The position numbers were made by a program, and so were the translations under genes. From Macrostomum lignano (taxonomy: Eukaryota): a stretch of DNA of 36,607 nt. Of this stretch, positions 1 through 9,870 are shown one piece after another (within the stretch, counting starts at the first letter, position 1; the number at the start of each line of letters is the position of its first letter). The notes under the pieces are model-generated. The model searched no databases and was not told the DNA's origin. It worked only from the letters and a program-made list of their open reading frames with translations. The DNA lies in assembly GCA_002269645.1 (NCBI GenBank), contig NIVC01004735.1:1-36607 (forward strand), in the 5' to 3' direction.

Positions 1-116
1 CGCTTGTAGAAGAAAATGTCCATCATGAAGTACATAAAAAGCGTTTTATGCTACCTGCTCTCAAAGAATTCAGTTAGCTGTTTTAGAAGAAAAATTACTT
101 GGAACAACCAACTGCC

Positions 117-2539
117 ATGGAGCCAGAATTGAGAGCTGCACTAGAGGCAAAAGACGATGAAAAACTGCAGCAAACTCTGCCCGCTTATCGACTCCAATAT
201 GGAGTTGACGGTCGTGGCTACAAGTATTTCTTCAACGAAGAGCGAACTCAGCCCGTGACGCATCACGTCGTCTGCAAGACGCGAAGTTCGCAGTGCCTGA
301 AACTTCTGATTGACAAGTTCGGACCCGAGTTCGTGACCTGCAGAAACGACAGGGATGAGACCGTTGTGCATCTTATAGCTCAGCATCAGGACGACTCCTG
401 GATGGAACTGATTCCAGAACCTATTGTCCAGCAAAGCCTTAAAGTGACGGCATGGAAGGGCAGAACTGTGACTCACTATGCTGCTATGAACGATGTAAGC
501 GACTCAGTATTAAAACTACTTGTAGACAAGTGCGGAGTCAACTGTCTCAAAAGCTTGGACAATGACGGCAACACGGCCCTCCATCTTGCTGCGCAGTATC
601 AGGGTAGCGATTCGATGAAGCTAGCTAAAACAGTTCTGGGTACTGACTGCTTCCAAAGTAGATGTTTCTCGAATCGGACTGTGATTCACTATGCAGCTTC
701 CAACACCAGTAGTCACACTTCACTAAAATGGCTTGTCGTACTGTGCGGAACCGACTGTCTTAAAGCTTCTGATAAAGACGGATACACTGCCGTCCATCTC
801 GCTGCACAGTACCAGGGCATTAAGTCAATGGAGCTGATGAAGGACCGCTTGGAACTGCCTGTTTCTATCCAAGCAAAAGCTCCCAAGAGAAAACGGTGTT
901 TCATTGTGCAGCTTCAAACAGATCCAGCAATGCATCATTGAAATGGCTTGTTCAAGAATTCGGATCTGACTGTCTAACCAAATTTTGCGACAAATTCGGA
1001 AACATGCCCCTCCATTTTGTTGCAGAGTGGCAGGGAGCAGATTCGATGGAGCTGATGAAGAAGGAGCTTGGAAGCAGCTGTTTTCAACTCCAAGGCAAGT
1101 CACATAAAACATCGATACACTATGCCGCTGCTAACCGAGAAAGCAACGAATCGCTAAAATGGCTTCTCAATGAGTACGGACCCGAAAGTCTCAAAGTTCC
1201 GGACAAAGATGGAAACACGGCGGTCCATCTTGCTGCCCAAAATCAGGGCGTCGACTCAATGGAACTGATGAAGACAAAGCTCGGAGACGCCTGTTTCGAA
1301 ATAAAAGGCAAACTACGCTGGACTCCTGTTCACTTTGCAGCTACCAACCTTAGTAGCAATGCGTCACTAAAGTGGCTCGTCAAAGAATTGGGATCAGACT
1401 GTCTTGAATTGCCTGACAAGGACGGAAACACTGCCATACATCTCGCAGCTCGGTACCAGGCATCGATTCGATGAAACTGATGAAGGAAGCGCTCGAAAGG
1501 ACTGCTTTCTGTTGAAAGGCTGCTTGAACAGAACTGCAATTCACTGTGCAGCTACCAATGAAAGCAGCAACCAATCGCTAAAGTGGCTCGTAAGAGAATG
1601 CGGAGCTGAAAGTCTCACAGTTCCCGATCAAAATGGACACACGGCTGTCCATCTTGCCTCACAGTATCAAGGCACAGACTCCATAGAACTGATAAAGCAA
1701 GAGCTCGGTACGGAGTGCTTTTTACTAGAAGAAAGTTTGTTTGCTAGAACGCCAGTTCATTGTGCTGCTTTAAACAGAGTCAGTAACGCATCCTTAAAAT
1801 GGCTAGTCAAAGAGTTCGGATGTGGGTGTCTTAAAACTCCCGATAAAGACGGAGACACGCCTATCCATCTTGCCACACAGTGTCAAAGCATTGATTCACT
1901 GGAATTGATGAAAATAGAGCTCGGAATCAACTGTTTTCAGCTGAAAGGCTACTCAAATAGAATGCCAATTCATATTGCCGCTTCAAGCAGCGAGAAATTA
2001 GCATTGTTTAATTGGCTGATAAAAGAGTGTGGACCCGATTGTCTGAAGGTTCCTGAGAAAAACGGAAACACGGCTGTGCATCTTGCAGCTCAGTATCAGG
2101 GCATCGAGTCGATGAAACTGATAAAGAAAGAGCTAGGAACTGGTTGCTTCCATTTGAAGGGCAGATTGATGCGGACCCCCGTTCATTGCGCCGCTTGTAA
2201 CAAATTTGGCTACTCTGTGCTCAAGTGGCTTGTCCTGAAGTGCGGTCCCGACTGTGTGGCTGCTGTCGACAAAGACGGAAACACGATCATTCATCTCGCC
2301 GCAGAGCACCAGTCAGCTGACTTGTTTCAGTTTCTAGTGGATCAAATTGGACCTCAAGTACTCTCTCTGAAGAACAACAAAGGAGAAACACTAGTAGAAT
2401 GTGTGGAGAAGGACTCGGATAATGATCGTAAAGCAAGAAAGCGAAGCTGGATCGAACTTTCAAAGGATTTTGAGTCTTTTTATCTCGAGGAGGGAGCTGT
2501 TTCTGTGAATGCAGAAGCTACGGATGATTTGTTAAACCA
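117..2539 (+). CDS. Ankyrin-repeat module 1 (about 20 ANK repeats plus cap), a large exon of a probable ANK-ANK-kinase gene; frame broken by three 1-bp deletions
   Basis: ORFs 99-941, 896-1474 and 1404-2543 carry consecutive TxxHxAA...LkWLv...G.dcL...dk.G repeats. Adding one G at each of 851/852, 1459/1460 and 1495 gives one continuous frame. ATG at 117 is in a GCCATGG context. The exon ends CA|GTAAGT (donor at 2540, phase 2). Confidence 0.85.
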
Positions 2540-2898
2540 GTAAGTTTCAGGCTCTTCACAATTTGAGTTGCGGGTTAAATTACCTGCTGCGTATGTAGCT
2601 CGTACTGAAGTATTTTAATTTGATGTTTAAGAAAAGCTTTAAAAATGTCTGTTGCTGCACTGTGAAGAGCTTGTACTCGTAATTATATAATTCCAATGCT
2701 CCAACGAATATAGCCTACCCTATAAAATATAAAAACCATAATTTTTTAATGAATGCATTGAATGGTAAAAGTCGAGGGATGAAGCAATTTAATTTGATGC
2801 TTATCTGCTAATAGCTTATTTTTGTAGTTATCTGTAAAAAATGTGTGTACCAAAGTGTTGCAATATAAAGTATACAAACAAACTGATTCAATTTTCAG

Positions 2899-4140
2899 AC
2901 TGCGTACAGCTTTGGAAGCCCGTGACGATGCGCTTCTGCGGCGACTCTGCTTGCTTCTTAACTCTAACGTTGAACTAACGGTCAATGATTGTCTCAACAA
3001 GGATCGAACTCAGTCTGTGACTCATCACGTCGTCTGTAAGTCGCGAAGTTTGCAGTGCCTGAAGCTTCTGATATCCAAATTCGGACCCGACTGTCTGTTA
3101 AACAGAAACAATCGAGGTGAAACCGCGGTGCATTTGATTGCTATGCACCAGGAAAACCTGTGGATGAAACTAATTCTAGAAGCTCTTGGCCGTGACTGCT
3201 TCAAGGACACAGCATCTAACGGTCGAATGGTGACTCACTATGCTGCTACGAATGAGACAAGTAACTCATCGCTAAAGTGGCTTGTTGCCGAGTTTGGACG
3301 CGACTGTCTCTTAGTACCCGATAAAGAAGGAAGCACAGTCGTTCATCTTGCCGCAGAGTATCAAGGTGTCGACTCCATGGAACTGATGAACAGAGAGCTC
3401 GAAACCGACTGCTTCAAAGAGTTAAAAGGATCCCAGAATCGAACGGTAGTTCACTATGCCGCCGGAAACAATATTAGCGATGCACCGCTTCGTTGGCTGG
3501 TGAAAAAGTTTGGACCAAGCTGTATCAAATTTCCAGATAAACATGGTGTCACGCCTATCCATCTAGTTACATTAAACTCCAGAAGCACGAGTAGTATGAC
3601 GCTTAATTGGCTAGTTTCTGTCGGCGGCCCGGACTGTCTCACTATTCCTGACAATGAGGGAAACACACCTGTCCATCTCGCTGCAGAGTTTCACAACATC
3701 GAATCCATGAAATTCATAAAGAAAATACTCGGACCAGAATGCTTTAGAAGAATTGGTTTTTGGCAAAGAACACCAATTCACTGCGCTGCCGCAAACAGTA
3801 ACTGCAGTGCCCTGCTTGGATGGCTCATAAAAGAATGCGGACACGACTGTCTGATGTGTCAGGACAAAGACGGAAACACGCCTGTCCATCGCGCTGCATG
3901 CTTTCAGCCAGTTAAATCATTGAAGTTGCTGGCTGACCAAATCGGGCCCGAAATTTTCTCGCTTAAGAACGCTTCTGGAAAAACAATAGCCGATTTTGTA
4001 AACCAGGACTTAGATGAAGACCGAAAACTACAAAAGCAGAGTTGGATCTCGAGCCAACTGACGCCAGAGAGACAACTAAACCTGAGGCATCCGGAAGTCA
4101 GAATGACGGCATCGGTAGAATCCTTGGGTGGCTCAAGTGG
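2899..4140 (+). CDS. Ankyrin-repeat module 2 (about 9 ANK repeats plus cap), internal phase 2-2 exon
   Basis: Acceptor TTTTCAG|A at 2898/2899 and donor TGG|GTAAGC at 4140/4141. N-cap LRTALEARDD...VTHHVVCKSRSLQCLKLLISKFGP and C-cap DQIGPEIFSLKN..G.T..D.V..D.D.DRK..K.SWI align with both ends of module 1. Confidence 0.85.
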
Positions 4141-4445
4141 GTAAGCAACTGCAGCATATTTGTAGCATATTTGTAGCATATTAGAAATCTATTACCGATC
4201 ATCTTTGGGGAGCAGCTCGCGGTAAACGTGTCTGAGTCTTGGGGTTGTCCAACAATTCATTCCCATATAGTCCGACCCCTTTGAGGCACAGAGAGTGTAC
4301 GTGCCTGACCATTCGAGATGGTACATCCTGTGTGATGTTTGTTATGTTTTGTTATGACTTGCATGTACTGCATCCTGTGACTAGCCATCAAGTTCCCCAC
4401 TGCATTTAAAACTGTGTCCATTCATTTCACTCTGGAAACAAGCAG

Positions 4446-5437
4446 CAGAGCTGGCGGAAAACCATTTCGCGAGAAATGGGAAAATAAGCAGCTTCTCGGC
4501 AGGGGCGGTTTCGGCGACGTCCACAAAGTGCTCACCGACACGGGCGTCACGTGCGCTGCAAAAACTCTCAGACTGCCATTGCAGCTCGGAGATCAACTGG
4601 ACTCTAAGGCTAGAAAGGTTGACTCAGTTGTTGAGAGCGAGAGAAACCTGTGCCAACTGCAGCATCCCAACATCGTCAGGTTCTTGTACATCACTCAGCC
4701 GGAGCCTGCAACAGTCGTTGTCTTTATGGAGCTGCTGGACGGCCACACTTTAGAGAATTTCATCGACGAGAAGCCGATAGATGAAGAGAAAATTCGACAC
4801 TTTAGCAAGCAAGTGAGTTCATTTGAATTTGTCTCGAGTGCACTTCTGAAATATAGTACATATACTTACTTCAGTTGGAAAGCAGAAGTCCTGAAGTTCT
4901 CTCAGAATTTCACTGACCAACCGCTCTTAGATCTGCAGCGCGCTGCTCTACCTGCACAGCCAGCAGCCGCCCGTGATCCACAGAGACATCAACTGCACCA
5001 ACATGATTGTCCTTGCCGACGGAACTGATCGACTTAAGCTGATCGACTTCGGCCTGTCAATCAAGCTGGAGCAGTCAGTCAGCCACATCTCAGCCTCCAC
5101 TTCGCCAAAGGGCACTCTAAACTTCATGGCGCCAGAGCTGCTCGGAGATGGTGAGTCGGAAAGCGTGCAGTACAGCAGAGAGTCGGACATCTGGGCGTTC
5201 GGCTGCTCGGTCTACCAGATGGCCATCGGAGCGAGGCCCTTTGCCACCGCCAAGAACTTGCTTCAATTGGTTCGCCTGCTAGACCAAAACGGAGCCCCGC
5301 TACTGCAGACGGGGCAGCAGAGCTGCTCACAAGAGCTGCTAGATTTCTATTCCCTGTGCACCGCTAAAGATCGCAAAGCCAGAATATCGGCAGAGGCACT
5401 GATGAAGCACAAATTTTTGACTCGTTCCTGTGACTAA
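4446..5437 (+). CDS. Ser/Thr protein kinase domain (MAP3K/STE-like) in two exons, about 4446-4812 and 4931-5437
   Basis: Motifs LGRGGFGDVH, CAAK, alphaC Glu (ESERNL), LQHPNIVRF, HRDINCTN, DFG, GTLNFMAPE, SDIWAFGC, RISAEALMKHKFL. Intron 4813-4930 (CAA|GTGAGT...CTGAC...CTCTTAG|ATC, phase 0) joins FSKQ to ICSALLYLHSQQPPVIHRD. The acceptor could be at 4442, 4445 or 4448, all phase 2. Confidence 0.9.
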
Positions 5438-5856
5438 ATCTAATTATAGCTAAGTTAAGAAGCTTATAAAACATGCATGTTTTGACTGGCTCGAGAGCAC
5501 TACGGTTAGAGAAAGTGCTGAACGTTGGTGGCATAAGCAACAGCCATCACAACAAGAGTGCCACTCATTATATTATGATTAAGTGATTAAAATTACTAAA
5601 ATTATTGTTGTTAGAGCAATGTTTTATTCAATTTAGGCTTACTAAAATAGGTATGTACATAAAATGCGCACTTGTGTTAGTGCACGCTTGCATGAAGCTT
5701 ACCCTACCTTGTTTATGCCATTTTATCCATAAATTTCTTGCTATCAAACCCTTTTTAAATTGCATCTTTTAAAGTGAATTCTAGACCAAAAAAGTTTTTG
5801 TCCAGTTTTGTACAATTTTAAGTGTTCTCAAGTTTTTAGTCTAAGGAAACTTTCTA

Positions 5857-6475
5857 GCGCCCCTGGTGCTGGCGCCCCTGGTGCTGGCGCCCTTGGTGCT
5901 GGCGCCCCTGGTACTGGCGCCCCTGGTGCTGGCGCCCCTGGTGCTGGCACTCCTGGTGCTGGCGCCCCTGGTGCTGGCGCCCCTGGTGCTGGCGCCCCTG
6001 GTGTTGGCGCCCCTGGTGCTGGCACCCCTGGTGCTGGCGCCCCTGGTGCTGGCGCCCCTGGTGCTGGCGCCCCTGGTGCTGGCACCCCTGGTGCTGGCGC
6101 CCCTGGTGCTGGCGCCCCTGGTGTTGGCGCCCCTGGTGCTAAAGCCCCTGGTGCTAAAGCCCCTGGTGCTAAAGCCCCTGGTGCTAAAGCCCCTGGTGCT
6201 AAAGCCCCTGGTGCTAAAGCCCCTGGTGCTAAAGCCCCTGGTGCTAAAGCCCCTGGTGCTAAAGCCCCTGGTGCTAAAGCCCCTGGTGCTAAAGCCCCTG
6301 GTGTTGGCGCCCCTGGTGCTAAAGCCCCTGGTGCTAAAGCCCCTGGTGCTAAAGCCCCTGGTGCTAAAGCCCCTGGTGCTAAAGCCCTGGTGCTAAAGCC
6401 CCTGGTGCTAAAGCCCCTGGTGCTGGCGCCCCTGGTGTTGGCGCCCCTGGTGCTAAAGCCCCTGGTGCTAAAGCC
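5857..6475. repeat. 15-bp minisatellite GCCCCTGGTGCT(GGC/AAA), about 41 units
   Basis: Directly visible tandem units; GGC variant dominates the left half and AAA variant the right half. Confidence 0.95.
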
Positions 6476-6924
6476 GGGACCATGAGATTTCTCTACCGCA
6501 CATTGCATAGCATGAATTACATGCTGATGCATGCACGCTGGGAGTTGCGATACTTTTTTCTATTACTTTATCTAAATAAACAATGTCAAAGATTTATCAA
6601 CTATTCTTGTTTTTCAAACGGAGGTACCATGTGTATGCTGAACCTCACGCTCTCAGTTTGACCTTTGAGTAAGTATAAAATACTAAAAACAACAGATTAA
6701 AAATGATATTCAACTTTGGACATTAGTCGCACGAATTAAAACAAATGAAATGATTTGTGCTGTTTACAATTATTGAATCACCAAAGAATGAAAGGCCTCC
6801 AGGGTTGTCTGTTCATATTTCAAAGTTCAAAGAACTTTTGAAGTTAACTGTGCCCACAGGGCGCACGCACGCGCCTCGCATCGTACAGTTCGTCTCAAGG
6901 CTTCACGCAGTCTTGCTCAGGAAC

Positions 6925-7790
6925 CACCAGCTCGAAACGTCACCAGCTCGAAACGTCACCAGCTCGAAACTTCACCAACTCGAAACTTCACCAGCTCGAA
7001 ACTTCACCAACTCGAAACTTCACCAGATCGAAACTTCACCAGATCGAAGGTTCACAAGCTCGAAGCTTCACAAGCTCGAAAGTTCACAAGCTCGAACCTT
7101 CACAAGCTCGAAGCTTCACAAGCTCGAAAGTTCACAAGCTCGAAGCTTCACAAGCTCAAAAGTTCACAAGCTCGAAGCTTCACAAGCTCGAAAGTTCACA
7201 AGCTCGAACCTTCACAAGCTCGAAGCTTCACAAGCTCGAAGCTTCACAAGCTCGAAAGTTCACAAGCTCGAACCTTCACAAGCTCGAAGCTTCACAAGCT
7301 CGAAAGTTCACAAGCTCGAAGCTTCACAAGCTCGAAAGTTCACAAGCTCGAAGCTTCACAAGCTCGAAGCTTCACAAGCTCGAAGCTTCACAAGCTCGAA
7401 AGTTCACAAGCTCGAACCTTCACAAGCTCGAAGCTTCACAAGCTCGAAAGTTCACAAGCTCGAAGCTTCACAAGCTCGAAAGTTCACAAGCTCGAACCTT
7501 CACAAGCTCGAAGCTTCACAAGCTCGAAAGTTCACAAGCTCGAACCTTCACAAGCTCGAACCTTCACAAGCTTGAAGCTTCACAAGCTCGAAAGTTCACA
7601 AGCTCGAAGCTTCACAAGCTCGAAAGTTCACAAGCTCGAAGCTTCACAAGCTCGAAAGTTCACAAGCTCGAACCTTCACAAGCTCGAAGCTTCACAAGCT
7701 CGAAAGTTCACAAGCTCGAACCTTCACAAGCTCGAAGCTTCACAAGCTCGAAAGTTCACAAGCTCGAAGCTTCACAAGCTCGAACCTTCA
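6925..7790. repeat. 16-bp minisatellite TTCACAAGCTCGAA(GC/AG/CC), about 54 units
   Basis: Direct tandem units; more diverged (G/T)TCACCAGCTCGAAAC units at the left edge. Confidence 0.95.
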
Positions 7791-8329
7791 AAATCTCTGG
7801 AACTAGAAAGTTTGAAATTTTTTATTAGTTAGTTACTTTTTAAGTGTTCTTTCTGGGTGCGAGTTAGTTAGTACCGAAGGAATTATCGCTCCCAAAATTC
7901 AGATTTGCCTGGACTTTGGTCCGAGTTCAACATTTTCCAGAGGTCCAGCGAACGTGTGATCTAAAAATAGCTCAGTTTGTTCTTGGGAAACCCCATGCGG
8001 GAAAGACAAAGTAACCAGTACGGCCTAACGAGTTCCGGAGATCACGCCACCGCGGACCCGCCCGCAGATAAGTCAGTCTGCCTCAACCTTCCAAAAGCCC
8101 TTCTTTCTGAGAAATGTACGGGCCGATTTTTGTGTGGACTGGGGGTGAGGCGGAACGAAAACCCCACACGCTCAACCCCGCCACAAATCGGGGCGTGCCG
8201 TGAACTGCAAGTCCAGTCCAAGGAGACGTTGAACAAAAATCTGGACCAAACTACTCATTGTCGGACACTTGCCAGACGCTAAAATGGATTCGTGTCCGTG
8301 ACAATTGACGCTAGTGACTTGACTTTATA

Positions 8330-9188
8330 CTGTCAGTGACATTTGACTGTCAGTGACATTAGACTTTCTGTGAAATTTGACTGTCAGTGACATTTGACTG
8401 TCAGTGACATTTGACTGTCAGTGAAATTTGACTGTCAGTGACATTTGACTGTCAGTGACATTTGACTATCAGTGACATTTGACTATCAGTGACAGTTGAC
8501 TGTCAGTGACATTTGACTGTCAGTGAAATTTGACTGTCAGTGACATTTGACTGTCAGTGACATTTGACTATCAGTGAAATTTGACTGCCAGTGACATTTG
8601 ACTATCAGTGACATTTGACAGTCAGTGACATTTGACTATCAGTGACATATGACTGTCAGTGACATTTGACTGTCAGTGACATTTGACTATCAGTGACATT
8701 TGACTGTCAGTGACAGTTGACTGTCAGTGACATTTGACTATCAGTGACATTTGACTATCAGTGACAGTTGACTGTCAGTGACATTTGACTATCAGTGACA
8801 TTTGACTATCAGTGACATTTGACTGTCAGTTACATTTGACTATCAGTGACATTTGACTATCAGTGACATTTGACTGTCAGTGACATTTGACTATCAGTGA
8901 CATTTGACTATCAGTGACATATGACTGTCAGTTACATTTGACTGTCAGTGACATTTGACTGTCAGTGACATTTGACTGTCAGGTTACATTTGACTATCAG
9001 TTACATTTGACTGTCAGTGACATTTGACTGTCAGTTACATTTGACTATCAGTGACATTTGACTATCAGTGACATTTGACTATCAGTGACATTTGACTATC
9101 AGTGACATTTGACTATCAGTGACATTTGACTGTCAGTGACATTTGACTGTCAGTGACATCAGACTGCCAGTGATATTTGACTGTCAGT
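8330..9188. repeat. 17-bp minisatellite TGACATTTGACT(G/A)TCAG, about 50 units
   Basis: Direct tandem units, each containing the inverted pair TGACA...TGTCA. Confidence 0.95.
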
Positions 9189-9870
9189 CTGTCAATGACA
9201 TTTGACATTTGAAATCAAAATATATTTTACCAAGATGCAGAGAATTTTTAATTAGCTTAGAAATGAGACCAAGTTCAGAGAAATTGGTTCAACAAAAATC
9301 AAAAGAGGTTGCCAGTGTGTTAAGTGGGTTGGCTAGGCTATAGATGTAAAACTTACAGAACTGCATTCAGCCAAGCACTATTAGTAAGTGCCTGAAATAG
9401 TAGTACTTGATGGTACAGAGTTTCCACTCCAGATACTCCGCAGTCAAGGCCTCCTTGGCCTTGGCCCCAATAAATGAATGAATCAAAAGCATTCCCACTG
9501 CACTGGCCGGGCCGCAACCCCACCTCCTTCTTGTACGCAAGGCAGCGCCCCAGGCCGAGTGAAGTTTCATTTCGTGAAATGCACACACACAGACGTCTGA
9601 AGCCAGTGCAGCGCACCCCCCCATTCGTTCTTTCACCCAGCATTAACTACCCCTACCCCAACCCCATTTATTGCATACTTTGGCCGGTTCAAAAACGCCG
9701 ACCCGAACCCCCAGCCTGCCCCCTCTGAATAAGCCGTAACTTGCTAAGTAAAGTTGTTAGCGATATTCTATTCCAGTTGCAAATAGACTTCTTTATTTAC
9801 TGCAGAATATTTGTCCTTTTCTAATAACCAGCTTACTAAGCAAGCATTTACACCGTCACAGAGTTGCAAT

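Noticed and set aside
5808-6532. GAPGA/KAPGA elastin- or collagen-like ORFs on both strands
   Set aside because: Translation of a 15-bp minisatellite open in several frames; no ATG or signal peptide, not Gly-X-Y, and the same unit recurs inside an ELOVL intron.
6757-7832. 272-aa and 86-aa SSKLHKLE repeat ORFs
   Set aside because: Products of the 16-bp array; no unique domain or splice context.
9353-9643. Cys/Gly-containing minus-strand ORFs upstream of ELOVL copy 1
   Set aside because: No recognisable domain, no clear start and no supporting exon chain.
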